Positions 1-9,126 of a stretch of 63,249 nt of DNA are shown here, one piece after another. Origin of the DNA: a virus; the IMG/VR virus record IMGVR_UViG_3300037483_000205. The stretch is one strand, 5' to 3'. Every line of letters begins with the position of its first letter. The stretch's first letter is position 1. Both the position numbers and the translations under genes were made by a program. Under the pieces are notes generated by a model. That model was not told where the DNA came from and searched no databases. It saw only the letters and a list, made by a program, of their open reading frames with translations.

Positions 1-127
1 TAAGCCCGCCTGGACGGGCTATCTTTTTAGCGGAACGCTACCCAACGAATAACGTCGGCTGCGGTGTCGCAGATGTCGGTGCCGAGGGTTACGCCCTCGC
101 CTTTTCCGAGCATGTCGTACAGGCTGG
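1..127. repeat. Terminal direct repeat, identical to 63123..63249 (circular-genome assembly overlap or short terminal redundancy)
   Basis: Read base by base: 1-127 (taagcccgcctggacggg...gtcgtacaggctgg) equals the last 127 nt of the window. Confidence 0.95.
3..28 (-). terminator. GC hairpin AGCCCG-N6-CGGGCT flanked by an A/T run; possible attenuator between CDS 27..572 and the next virion gene across the junction
   Basis: Stem 3-8/15-20, loop 9-14. The T5 run at 24-28 overlaps stop codon 27-29. The U-run is on the plus-sense side, so function on the minus strand is uncertain. Confidence 0.35.
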
Positions 128-572
128 CGCCGGTAGCGGTAGCGACGAACGGCTTATCGGCGGTAGCAACAGTCGAGCTGGTAATCGACAGGATGGCTAC
201 GGTCTCACCGTTGATGGTGACCTTGTCGCCTACAGCGAGTTCGCCAACAAAGTTGGTGGAAGTCCCGGTGATGGTCGGGGAAGCCGCAGTTACTGCGACG
301 GTGCCTGTTACGGCTGCACCGGCATTGCGGCCTGCATACAGAGTGATGGAGTCTGCGGCGTTGACCGACCACTGAGTATCTGCGTCGTTGCCGTTGTCGA
401 GGGAAGTCCCGTCGTCCATGCTGTCGAAATACTCGTAGGACGCGAGGTTATTGACGTTGATCGCCCGGACGTACCGGGGCTGCCAGCCGAGAACCAAGTT
501 GACGGCGACGGCGGGGTTGGAGACAGTAACGGTCCCCATTTTCTGGACCTGATCTGCATAGTTCAAAGACAT
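27..572 (-). CDS. Hypothetical virion protein downstream of the capsid gene (possible head decoration or fibre protein)
   Basis: 181-aa ORF. SD AAGGAG lies upstream of the ATG at 572. Gly/Thr/Ala/Val-rich. Position is directly after the major capsid gene. No family recognised. Confidence 0.7.
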   Translation of the reverse strand: MSLNYADQVQKMGTVTVSNPAVAVNLVLGWQPRYVRAINVNNLASYEYFDSMDDGTSLDNGNDADTQWSVNAADSITLYAGRNAGAAVTGTVAVTAASPTITGTSTNFVGELAVGDKVTINGETVAILSITSSTVATADKPFVATATGASLYDMLGKGEGVTLGTDICDTAADVIRWVAFR

Positions 573-598
573 TTTGTGTTCTCCTTATTTAAAATGTT

Positions 599-614
599 GG
601 GGGCCGAAGCCCCC
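599..614 (-). terminator. Stem-loop GGGGGC-TTCG-GCCCCC (minus sense) just after the capsid gene stop
   Basis: 6-bp all-GC stem with a TTCG tetraloop, followed on the minus strand by AACATTTTAAAT. Sits between the stop at 620 and the next start at 572. Confidence 0.6.
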
Positions 615-619
615 TTCAA

Positions 620-1621
620 TTATGCGAGTTCTGCAACTGCCACTTCTACACGCGCACACCACAACTGATTGAGGATGAGAGCGGCGAAGTACGTCTTCCA
701 GCCGATCCAGCCACGCTGCCCGAGCTGGTCGCCTTCCCGAGACTCGCCGGGGTTCTTGACGAACGGGGTAAGTGCAGTTGCGCCCTTGAGCGGGGTAACT
801 GCGGCACAGTCGGCAGCGATGAAGATGATCGGATACACGTCGGCACTGGTGGCCGAAGTAGAGATCATCGTAGTACCGGAGCCGGCTTTAAGTCCGCCGC
901 CGTCGGCCCAAGAGGTGAAGATGGTAGAGGTCAGGTAACGAACCTCGTCCACTGCGCCGATCTCGGTGTCGTACGGAACCATGCTGCCGTAGTCGACAAC
1001 GTCTTTAAATCCGGCGAGAGCACGGATGGTCGGCTCAAGGTCGGGATGAACGAAGGCGATATAAGAAGGCTTGACGTTGACAGTCTCCATATTGGCCGTA
1101 CTGCCGAGCTTCTTGGTGATTACCTTGGCGTTCTGACGCTTGAGGCCGCGAACGACCTTCTGCTGCAGGGTCTTGGTAAACGGAGTGTTGACATCAGTAC
1201 GAGCAGAGCCGTTGGCAAAGTAGACGTTGGTGCCGGCCTTCATTACGTTGAACAGGCGGACCTCTACGGACTCAGCGGCCTGCTGGGCGAGGATGTCGGA
1301 GTACTCTTTGATAATCGGGTCTTCATGCGTATCGGCTACGCGGTCGGAAATCCCTACCCACGCACCAATCTGCGACAGAGTTGCCTCGTAGTCGGCACTG
1401 GTGACAGTGCTCGCCGCAGGAGTTACACCCTCGGTCAGGTCGGCGGTAGCAGGAGAAAGCGCTGCGTAACGTCGGAATTTGATGGTGCTCGAAGAGTTTT
1501 TCGGAATGGGTTTGGTCTGCAGAAACGGCTGCATAACCAGTGCGGGGACGGCTCTCTTGAGAAGATCAGCCGCTACATACCCAGCAGTCCGAAGGCCAAT
1601 GTCACTTACAGTCATCGTCAT
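620..1621 (-). CDS. Major capsid protein (HK97-fold, N4 gp56-like type)
   Basis: 333 aa. SD GGAGG. Follows the scaffold gene. N-terminal pattern ..IKFRRYAALSPATADLTEGVTP.. resembles N4-gp56-family capsid proteins as I remember them. Confidence 0.8.
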   Translation of the reverse strand: MTMTVSDIGLRTAGYVAADLLKRAVPALVMQPFLQTKPIPKNSSSTIKFRRYAALSPATADLTEGVTPAASTVTSADYEATLSQIGAWVGISDRVADTHEDPIIKEYSDILAQQAAESVEVRLFNVMKAGTNVYFANGSARTDVNTPFTKTLQQKVVRGLKRQNAKVITKKLGSTANMETVNVKPSYIAFVHPDLEPTIRALAGFKDVVDYGSMVPYDTEIGAVDEVRYLTSTIFTSWADGGGLKAGSGTTMISTSATSADVYPIIFIAADCAAVTPLKGATALTPFVKNPGESREGDQLGQRGWIGWKTYFAALILNQLWCARVEVAVAELA

Positions 1622-1639
1622 TTGTTGGTACCTCCAAAA

Positions 1640-2539
1640 TTAGGAATTTGCGGCTGCCTTGAAGGCCGACTCGAAGTCGTCTTCGTCAATACCGCCCTTT
1701 TGCGCTGCTTGTCGACTGCGTACTCCCTCTTGGGATTGCAGTTTTTTCTCCTTCGCAGCCTTCTGTGCAGTCTCTTCAGGAGTCGGAGTTGAAGATGGAG
1801 GCCCCTTCACACTACCATTCGTTTCCTTCTTGAAGATGTTGAACAATTCTACTATCTGACCTGCGGTCCCCTTATCGAGAACCGCGTTATACGCTTCTTT
1901 TTGAAAATCGGGTAAGGTATTCACCCACTCCTCGACCTTCGGTACGATTTCAAAGGCATCTTTATGCCCCTTGAGGATCTCTGCTTCATGCGTGTTTTTC
2001 GCGACGACCTTGGCAGTCGCAATCGCCGGGGCGAAGTCCTGCCCCATCTGGGAAAATCTCTGTTCGAACTTCTCTTCGAGAACTTTCAGTTTGGCGTTGA
2101 ACGCATTTTCCGCTTTGGCGAAGGCGACGCGCTCTACCGCCTTGATGGCGACAGCATTGTCCGGGAAGTTGGTTTCTACTTCCTTCAGGGCTGCCTGCTC
2201 CTCGGGAGTCAGGGACTCCCTTGCGAGTGCTTCCGACTGAAGTCGGTCGGCTTCAGCCTTCGCTTCGGCATCGGCCTTGACCTTTGCTTCTTGGGCAAGG
2301 CGTTCGACCTTCGGCTCCGGCTGCGGAGCAGCCTTTACTTCGGGTTCTACCTTCGGCTTCTCCTCAACAAGAGGAGTAGGTTCGTCTACGACGACCACAT
2401 CATCCTTCGTGGGCACGTCTGCGACGACTACGTCCTCTTTCTCAGGTTCTTCCTTCTCAGGTTCCCCGCCTACGGCGACGTTGAAGGCGAGATCGAACTC
2501 GTCTTCTGTCACTCCGCTAGCAATTACTTCGTCTTCCAT
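1640..2539 (-). CDS. Scaffolding protein
   Basis: 299 aa, highly acidic N-terminus. Long Ala/Lys/Glu-rich helical stretch (KVKADAEAKAEADRLQSEA..). Lies between the portal and capsid genes. SD GGAGGA. Confidence 0.7.
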   Translation of the reverse strand: MEDEVIASGVTEDEFDLAFNVAVGGEPEKEEPEKEDVVVADVPTKDDVVVVDEPTPLVEEKPKVEPEVKAAPQPEPKVERLAQEAKVKADAEAKAEADRLQSEALARESLTPEEQAALKEVETNFPDNAVAIKAVERVAFAKAENAFNAKLKVLEEKFEQRFSQMGQDFAPAIATAKVVAKNTHEAEILKGHKDAFEIVPKVEEWVNTLPDFQKEAYNAVLDKGTAGQIVELFNIFKKETNGSVKGPPSSTPTPEETAQKAAKEKKLQSQEGVRSRQAAQKGGIDEDDFESAFKAAANS

Positions 2540-2562
2540 GAAATCCTCCGAATTTTATCTGT

Positions 2563-2592
2563 AGTGTAACACACGGTTACACCGCGTGTCAA
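2563..2592 (-). promoter_or_regulatory. Sigma70-type promoter TTGACA-N18-TACACT upstream of the scaffold and capsid genes
   Basis: Minus sense: TTGACAcgcggtgtaaccgtgtgtTACACT. The ATG at 2539 is about 24 nt downstream, with SD GGAGGA between them. Confidence 0.55.
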
Positions 2593-2777
2593 GACAATAT
2601 ATGTATCAGATCTTTACACTCCCTTGCCCTGCCCCTCATCTCCTCACTCTCGCTGCTTTCAAGCTTGTCCCTGTGACGTTCTCTCCGAAGGGAGAGGAGT
2701 TCTGCGAACAGGACTACGCCCTCAGTGCGCCTCAACAAGTTGATCCTGTCCTCAATTTCGAGTTCTCGTTCTTTCAT
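2589..2777 (-). CDS. Hypothetical small protein (62 aa, charged and helical)
   Basis: Its ATG overlaps the portal stop (ATGA coupling at 2774-2777). Confidence 0.55.
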   Translation of the reverse strand: MKERELEIEDRINLLRRTEGVVLFAELLSLRRERHRDKLESSESEEMRGRARECKDLIHILS

Positions 2778-4873
2778 TTGGTAGTTCCTCCCGGCTTCGC
2801 CCCTTCTTTCTTTTCGCTAACCGTAGTCAGCAAGACCTTCAGGTTTTCCAACTGGTTCTTGTCTTTCGCCGACTTGGCGTTCGCAAGGTTCTGTTCGACC
2901 CGTGACAAAATCTCCTGAATTGTCGCATCTGCCGACGCCTGCAACATCTGCACATCCATCTGCTTCTTCGCGGCGGAAGCCGACACGTCCTCGGTCTTCG
3001 CCTGGGTCAGGCCCTGCTCAACCTGCGACGCCTGCGCCGCAGCCTGTTTCAATCCCTCCAGGATTTGCTTGGCTTCGTCTTCCGGGAGCACCCTGTCCAC
3101 AGGGAGATCCCTCGCCTTTAGGCGATCAATCAGCAGACCATGCGTATCAAGGATCGCTCTTTCCTCTGGGGTCAGGGTCATGACGAACTGGTCAAGGGCT
3201 GCGCCTCTGACCTCCTTCGCCACAAGCGACAGGTTCCCTTTAGCGACGACTTGGTAGTCGCCCTTCAGTTCTTCGTTCGGATTGAACTCCATGTTCCACG
3301 CAAGGAGCGACGTAAGGAGCGACGTGGTGAATTTGTCGAAGGCCCGGACGGTGTCTTTCGTCACCATGTTGGCGGAGCCAGTCATCATCGACATGTTGCT
3401 GGTCGTCCGGAAAGCTTCGCCGAGCGGCTGGTTCTGCATGGCGCCCATGGTGTAGGCCGGCAAGTTACTGGCAACGTCGAATCTTCGTTCGTACATCTCG
3501 ACCATACTTATCAGTTCGGTAATATGCGACTCGGTGATGAGCGCCCGCACTGCGGGGTATTGGGCCTCTGGTCCGTCGCCTTCCCGAGTGATGGTCATAA
3601 ACGAATGGATAGGCCCAATGTTCTTCCTGCCCCTTGGGAGCAAACTCTCATTTACTTCATATATAGGCCCTGCGCACGCCGACGCATTATCCGCGAGCAT
3701 CCTGGTCGCCATACAAAGCGACATCTGGGCGTCCCGCACTTCCTCCGGCAGGCCGGCACCGGTAAGCCCTGAGTCCTCATCTTCAGTGTAAATGAAGGCA
3801 TGATACTGGTCGGATGGGCGCTCGCCGAATGCGGCTTTCTCTGCCTTGATAACTACGTCGTCGATTATCCAGACATCCGCGAGAATGTCCTCGTCAAGCT
3901 CATCGTCGCTTACCTCGACTCCGACGGACTGCAAGGTATGTGCAGAAACGAACATCAGCCCTCGATATACTTCGTACCTCCTGGCCTGCCTATTGGCGAG
4001 ATTTGAGGTCTTGGCGATGTCGTGCAGATCGGCCTCGTACTCCTTGGCCGCGTAATTCCCATCTGAATGATCTTTTAGATACTCCTTAATTATCTTGGCC
4101 TCGAAGTCAGGCCGCTTGGTGAGGGCGCGGAAGTCGTGACGGAGGAAGACCATCCGTTCGAAGAACGCATCCTGCTCGGTCCATGCTCTGGCCAAGAGGT
4201 CGGGGTAGGCGTCCCAGATACGGACATAATCAGGGTACGGCCGACGCAAAGTCTTGGTCTTGGCTACGTACTGGCCCATCTTGTCGGCGGTCCAGATTCG
4301 CTCGGCCTGTGTTCTGACCATCGGACTGCGAGCGATGCCAAAGCCGTACAGGTAGCCACTGCGAACAACTTTCTTGCAAAGTTGCGGATAGTCAATTCCT
4401 GGATCGGCCAACTGATCGGCGATCTCAGTCTCCATCTTCTCCTTGCGCTTCTCGGCAAAAGCTCGGACTTCCCGCTCAATAGCATCACTTGTGATGGGCG
4501 CTACTGGTCGTTGCTCCTCCTGGGCGAGCATGAGTTCCTGCTGCTGGAGGCTATCAATGATAGCCTGCAAGGCAGACTGAGGAATCGAAGGCGAGGGAGA
4601 GACTGACAGACCCCAGTTCTTGTCCTGGGACGGAAACATCATCTCCATCATCTTCGCAACGCCGCCTTTGACCTTGATGCGGGTATCTTCTGGATACACA
4701 TGCGACCGTTCGTCAGGGATTCTGGCAAGAACATCAGGGTCGTACTTCCGCAGATATTGCCGCAGATTCTTCATCCACTGAACTTCGAGAAGGACCCGAT
4801 CTTTGATATGCTGGTCGAGAACGCCCTTGACATGCGTTCCGAGTTTCTTCAGTTCTTCGTAATTTGTGAGCAT
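2774..4873 (-). CDS. Portal protein
   Basis: 699 aa. Its start abuts the terminase stop. Size and position (terL-portal-scaffold-capsid) are typical. C-terminal coiled-coil tail. Confidence 0.75.
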   Translation of the reverse strand: MLTNYEELKKLGTHVKGVLDQHIKDRVLLEVQWMKNLRQYLRKYDPDVLARIPDERSHVYPEDTRIKVKGGVAKMMEMMFPSQDKNWGLSVSPSPSIPQSALQAIIDSLQQQELMLAQEEQRPVAPITSDAIEREVRAFAEKRKEKMETEIADQLADPGIDYPQLCKKVVRSGYLYGFGIARSPMVRTQAERIWTADKMGQYVAKTKTLRRPYPDYVRIWDAYPDLLARAWTEQDAFFERMVFLRHDFRALTKRPDFEAKIIKEYLKDHSDGNYAAKEYEADLHDIAKTSNLANRQARRYEVYRGLMFVSAHTLQSVGVEVSDDELDEDILADVWIIDDVVIKAEKAAFGERPSDQYHAFIYTEDEDSGLTGAGLPEEVRDAQMSLCMATRMLADNASACAGPIYEVNESLLPRGRKNIGPIHSFMTITREGDGPEAQYPAVRALITESHITELISMVEMYERRFDVASNLPAYTMGAMQNQPLGEAFRTTSNMSMMTGSANMVTKDTVRAFDKFTTSLLTSLLAWNMEFNPNEELKGDYQVVAKGNLSLVAKEVRGAALDQFVMTLTPEERAILDTHGLLIDRLKARDLPVDRVLPEDEAKQILEGLKQAAAQASQVEQGLTQAKTEDVSASAAKKQMDVQMLQASADATIQEILSRVEQNLANAKSAKDKNQLENLKVLLTTVSEKKEGAKPGGTTK

Positions 4874-6343
4874 TTAGTATCCTTCGCGTTGAGAGGGCCG
4901 GTACGGCTTAGGTGAGTTAAAAATTGAGTTTGGCTGGTATACGACATAATCCGCAGGATCGTACTTCCGACTTGACAAGAACATCACACCGTATTGACCG
5001 CCCTCAACGAGATGCGAGCAAGGGTGGGTCTTGTCCGGTTTGTCGTCGTAGAGGTCGGCAACCGAGACCTTTAGCTTTCGGTATTTATAGTCTGTCTGCA
5101 TCGCTCTGACGAAACTCTTGCAAGATGGGTCGATGAGTATAAGGGGCCGACAGTCCGGATATTCACTGAATACGTCATCAAGTGCTTTTATCCGCACATC
5201 TGGGTCGTTGGTAGGCGCGGCCTTGGCAAGTATTCCTGCATCCTTGAACTCTTTATAGCAAGTACCTTCGTCTGAGTCGGCCCTTCGCTTCCCGGACGGG
5301 TCACCGACCACCACTATCTCGTTCGTCGGAAACACGGTCTTCCGCATCGGGTTGAACCTACTTTTGATGTACCGCTTCGTCCCCATGTCAAACGCTGGAG
5401 TCTCTCGGAGAATGTGTATCCTGCCATCGTGCTGCATCTGCATCCACAGCCCTGCTGGAGTAAGACCAAAATCTTGACCGACGATTACCGGGAGGTCTGG
5501 GTCGATGTAAAGCGGTGTCTTCGACACGTGACGGTCATATCTGAACGAGTCCCAGTACACAGGCTTACCTGCCTGAGAGAGTGCATACTTCGCTCGAATG
5601 AACACATTTATATATGCCTTACTTCGACCCTTCGCCTTTCGTTCGTAATAACCAGGGGCGAGGTTATTCTTGTTCTCTGCCTCTGGCGAGAGCGCGTCCG
5701 GCTGCTTGAATGTGTCACACGCAACCAGCGTGTCGGGATCGTCGTCCTCAAGCGGAGCATGTTCAAAGATACGCCACCAATACGACCCGAGTTGCGGCGG
5801 ATTCGTATCAGCGATCATAAGCCAATAGTCAGAACCTCCCATCTTCTGCGAAGGGTATCGTTCGAGACGACCTTGTAGACCCTCTACAATTTCTTGAACG
5901 ATTTCGCGGCATTCGTTGAGCCAACACCCTGTGAGTTCGAGTGAGAGAACTTTGGAAACGTCAGCAGGAGTGTCGAGCGCACGGAATAGGATTTCAGCCC
6001 GAACGTCCCCGTAGTGGATGTAGTATGTCATTACCGACTCTCGCCAGTACCCGACGCCTTCCCCTGGCTTGCCGCTGTCCGGGAACCAGTCGAACCACGT
6101 TTTGAGCGTGGTGTCCTTCAATTCGCCTTTAGTATTTCGAACTACAACCCATCGAGACCGACGAAGCCCATCAGATCCGACTCGCTGCTCCTTGCATCTT
6201 CTGAATATCTCGACGCAGCACGCAACTGACTTGCCGCCGCCGATTGGCCCTAAAATGGCCCTGAAATCAGCGTTCGAACGATGGAACGCGGCCAACGTTG
6301 GCGCCGAGTCCCGGACATCGTATGTGAGGTCGAAGATGTTCAT
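4874..6343 (-). CDS. terL: Terminase large subunit
   Basis: Walker A GPIGGGKSVACC, Walker B-like CWLNE, C-terminal nuclease-like VVVGDPSGKRRADSDEG. I prefer the ATG at 6343 (TGATG overlap with the upstream stop) over the TTG at 6364. Confidence 0.85.
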   Translation of the reverse strand: MNIFDLTYDVRDSAPTLAAFHRSNADFRAILGPIGGGKSVACCVEIFRRCKEQRVGSDGLRRSRWVVVRNTKGELKDTTLKTWFDWFPDSGKPGEGVGYWRESVMTYYIHYGDVRAEILFRALDTPADVSKVLSLELTGCWLNECREIVQEIVEGLQGRLERYPSQKMGGSDYWLMIADTNPPQLGSYWWRIFEHAPLEDDDPDTLVACDTFKQPDALSPEAENKNNLAPGYYERKAKGRSKAYINVFIRAKYALSQAGKPVYWDSFRYDRHVSKTPLYIDPDLPVIVGQDFGLTPAGLWMQMQHDGRIHILRETPAFDMGTKRYIKSRFNPMRKTVFPTNEIVVVGDPSGKRRADSDEGTCYKEFKDAGILAKAAPTNDPDVRIKALDDVFSEYPDCRPLILIDPSCKSFVRAMQTDYKYRKLKVSVADLYDDKPDKTHPCSHLVEGGQYGVMFLSSRKYDPADYVVYQPNSIFNSPKPYRPSQREGY

Positions 6344-7332
6344 CAAGTATAAAAAGGATACCAAGTAACGTTGAATTTACTGACGCCTTTTTTGGCGACA
6401 TGTATATCTATTATACAAAATCCTACGTGAGCCGCAAGCCGTTTCCCTCTCATCCATGAAGTCTGGCTCTGCAGGCAGCCAGCGGAGACGCACCAGACGT
6501 TCCTTTCGAAGATGTTGACATACTTGTGAACGTGGCCTGTTATCAGGACGTTCGGCTTCTCTCCTCCGGAGAAAGCTTCTAAAATCTTCTGAATTCGGTA
6601 ACTTAAGGCATAACTGGACGCATCCTCACCATGCCACAACTTGAGAACGGCTCTCCCATCAAGGGAAATATCCCCCTCGTCGTGGCCGAGGAAATGGAAA
6701 TTGTCGAGGGCTTCCTCAATATCTTTAACAATGATCGCTCCATTCGACTTGAGGAACCAGCGGTCGTGGTTGCCATCAATTGCGTAAATATCGGTGTCCG
6801 TCCACTGAGCGAAGCAGTCGATCGCTTCATGCTTCTGCGCGTCGTAGCCGAGGTGTGAAAGCTCGTAGATCTGCCCAGGGCGGTGGCTCATGCCTTCGGT
6901 GACATCGCCGGAATGAGTAATAAAATCAACCTGTTCTTTCTTGAACTCGTCGAAGGCTTGCATGAGCCTCGCCTTGGGCGACAGCATGTGGCCGATGTGT
7001 GTATCTGTGATACAGCCGATCCTGATGTGCGTGCCGGAGAAAGAAACGACCGGGACCTTGCCGGCGCCGGGGACGATCCTGCCGCCTTTGGCGATCGCCT
7101 GTAATTCAGTGTCTGAAAATCTTGTGGCGATCTCTTCCAGCCAGTGCGATCTCTCAGGGATGGTTACTCCTTTCTCCTGCTTCGCCATCCGCGCATAACG
7201 TTTGAACGTCTCGTCGGACAGCCCTAAGTCAGCCTTGGCTTTCTCCGGTCCGTGCTTCGCTGCGTAAGCGACTACTTGTAGTGCTCTGGCTATCGCTTTT
7301 TGGGCCACTTGCAACCTCCCCGAGTTCTCCAT
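6343..7332 (-). CDS. Calcineurin-like metallophosphoesterase with a ~100-aa N-terminal HTH-like extension
   Basis: Motifs GCITDTHIGH, HSGDVTEG, IDGNHD, ITGHVH. N-terminal ..AKADLGLSDETFKRYARMAKQ.. Sits directly upstream of terL, where a small terminase is normally found. Confidence 0.8.
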   Translation of the reverse strand: MENSGRLQVAQKAIARALQVVAYAAKHGPEKAKADLGLSDETFKRYARMAKQEKGVTIPERSHWLEEIATRFSDTELQAIAKGGRIVPGAGKVPVVSFSGTHIRIGCITDTHIGHMLSPKARLMQAFDEFKKEQVDFITHSGDVTEGMSHRPGQIYELSHLGYDAQKHEAIDCFAQWTDTDIYAIDGNHDRWFLKSNGAIIVKDIEEALDNFHFLGHDEGDISLDGRAVLKLWHGEDASSYALSYRIQKILEAFSGGEKPNVLITGHVHKYVNIFERNVWCVSAGCLQSQTSWMRGKRLAAHVGFCIIDIHVAKKGVSKFNVTWYPFYT

Positions 7333-7594
7333 CAATTAATGCCTGCATTATCGCTACTATCTTCTGCAGGTCTTGCACATCGATTACAGATGATCCTACT
7401 GCTACCATATTCCCTTTCTCGTTGACATACTTACGCCTCGACCGGAACATGATTTCGCCGCTGGCGTGCTTAAAGTCGAAGAGATACTTGCCATGACAAA
7501 TAGAGACATACCTCTCAATCTTGGTATCCGGCACCGTGATGTAGTCCTGCTTCTCGATGTCGAGTACCGATTTCATACGTCGCAAATTATTCAA
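7229..7594 (-). CDS. Hypothetical protein (121 aa)
   Basis: The TTG start overlaps the endolysin stop (TTGA) with GAGGA upstream; an alternative ATG lies at 7576. The 3' ~100 nt overlap the next gene out of frame. Confidence 0.5.
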   Translation of the reverse strand: MNNLRRMKSVLDIEKQDYITVPDTKIERYVSICHGKYLFDFKHASGEIMFRSRRKYVNEKGNMVAVGSSVIDVQDLQKIVAIMQALIDGELGEVASGPKSDSQSTTSSRLRSEARTGESQG

Positions 7595-8061
7595 TCAGTA
7601 TCCTCGGCTCCATGCCTTAAGTTCGCCGCCATCCTACGGACCCATCCTTTCGCATTCGGAATGAAGTTCCTTAGACTTGCCATGAAGTCTAGACGTTCGG
7701 CAATGACCAGCATGACGAGATCAGAGTCAGTTTTACCGGCGAGTGCTGCTTTGGTCTTCGGTCCGACAACTCCATCAGGCTTCAGCCCAAGAGCCTCCTG
7801 CAATTGCTTTATTGCGGTCTTTGGTCCTGAATTTACTGCGAAGTCGAACAACTGGAAGGCGACTCCGGGAGGGTAAGTATCCAGGTTGAGTGGCTTGACG
7901 AAGTCTCGCCGGTAGATGGCTCTGGCATCGTCAATTGTGAGGCTCGCGATGTCGAGGTCTGGGTAGGACCTTTGGCTTATCCCGTACTTCGTCGGCCCTC
8001 CAACTGGGTCGTCCCAGTAAGCGCCTTCGTGCCCGAGGCATCGCTCAATCCAGTCTTTCAC
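7591..8061 (-). CDS. Endolysin, GH108-type muramidase with a PG_binding_3-like C-terminus
   Basis: EGAYWDDPVGGPTKYGIS matches the GH108 signature. C-terminal FDFAVNSGPKTAIKQLQEALGLKPDGVVGPKT. GTG start with SD GGAGGA. Confidence 0.8.
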   Translation of the reverse strand: MKDWIERCLGHEGAYWDDPVGGPTKYGISQRSYPDLDIASLTIDDARAIYRRDFVKPLNLDTYPPGVAFQLFDFAVNSGPKTAIKQLQEALGLKPDGVVGPKTKAALAGKTDSDLVMLVIAERLDFMASLRNFIPNAKGWVRRMAANLRHGAEDTD

Positions 8062-8215
8062 TCTCTTCCTCCGCAGCGATCTTCAAGCACCGTTGCAACG
8101 TCTTTACTTCAATCAATGCATCTACTCCGGCTGGCGTTATCACTCCTGCTCCGTCTCGCACCGGGACTCGAACGGCGCAATCAAGTAACTCCTGTATCCT
8201 TTCGACAGTACTCAT
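8057..8215 (-). CDS. Hypothetical small protein (52 aa, below the ORF-track cutoff)
   Basis: Hand-translated: MSTVERIQELLDCAVRVPVRDGAG... ATGA overlap with the upstream stop at 8212-8215; ends 5 nt inside the endolysin gene. Confidence 0.5.
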
Positions 8216-8493
8216 GAGTTATCCCTCCTGTCCTCGATGAGGACTTTGATAAGCTGATTATGACTGTCCTGGAGCTTTGAAACCATTGCTTTTATCTCGA
8301 TAAATTGTGCGTTTCCAGACGCGAATTGGAGAGCCGTCAGGTCTTTTATTTCTTGCCTGCGTTCGCCGCAACGCTCATTCGAAACAAATTTCCCCGCCTT
8401 CAAGTCTTCAACTTCCCGCTGAATTTTCCCCACCCACATTGCCCCGCCGAGAAACGCCAGAATAACGGCCCACCATTCTCTTATAATATCCAT
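8212..8493 (-). CDS. N-terminally membrane-anchored coiled-coil protein (i-spanin-like or lysis accessory)
   Basis: 93 aa. TM segment WWAVILAFLGGAMWVG followed by a charged helix. SD GGAGAA. Lies in the lysis neighbourhood. Confidence 0.55.
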   Translation of the reverse strand: MDIIREWWAVILAFLGGAMWVGKIQREVEDLKAGKFVSNERCGERRQEIKDLTALQFASGNAQFIEIKAMVSKLQDSHNQLIKVLIEDRRDNS

Positions 8494-8727
8494 CTAGCGT
8501 TCTCCACAGTTTCGTTTTCCACCAGAAAATCCACCCGCAAAGGCGGACACCGTCGTAATATTTCGAACCGATCTCCAGACCGGCAACGCGAGCGATTCAC
8601 TCCCTGAGTTCGAGATCTGCTTCAAGTCTCAGTATTGTTTGTTCTTCATATCGCTCATCGTGTAGTGCTCATCAGAAGGAGATGTCGTAGCCGAACAGGT
8701 GGTCAGGGCTGAGGGTGCAAAAATCCT

Positions 8728-9000
8728 TCACTTCGTCTTCTCCACCTTGTGCCCGATCCCTATCGCAGCAAGCCCTGCGCCGAATGTAGCCGCGCCCGCC
8801 TGCAACATATTGTAACACCCATCGAGGTCGATCTCCGGAGCGCCAACGTCCGGATACATGTTGCCAATAATACCGACAAGCCCGGCGATCATCTTACCCG
8901 TTCCTAGAAGCATGAGGACAGCCGCGCCAACGTAAGTCTTCTTGCCGTCGAGCTTGCCGGCGAGGTACATTAGGCCCATTTTGACAAGTATTTTGTTCAT
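8728..9000 (-). CDS. Small multi-pass membrane protein (holin candidate)
   Basis: 90 aa with 2-3 hydrophobic helices (YVGAAVLMLLGTGKMIAGLVGIIG; AGAATFGAGLAAIGIG) and a charged C-terminus. SD AAGGA. Confidence 0.6.
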   Translation of the reverse strand: MNKILVKMGLMYLAGKLDGKKTYVGAAVLMLLGTGKMIAGLVGIIGNMYPDVGAPEIDLDGCYNMLQAGAATFGAGLAAIGIGHKVEKTK

Positions 9001-9126
9001 CTCTTATCCTTCTTGAAAATCCTTCTGAACCATCTTCCTATCTGCTCGAACGTCGCGCCGACAATAATTAATGCTTTGACATCTTTCGGGATGAGGTAGT
9101 AATCTGACTTTACTTTGTCTTCTGGG

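Noticed and set aside
8165-8195. tRNA T-arm-like string GTTCGAGTCC on the minus strand
   Set aside because: The flanking bases do not form a 5-bp T stem or any cloverleaf. It lies inside a coupled small ORF.
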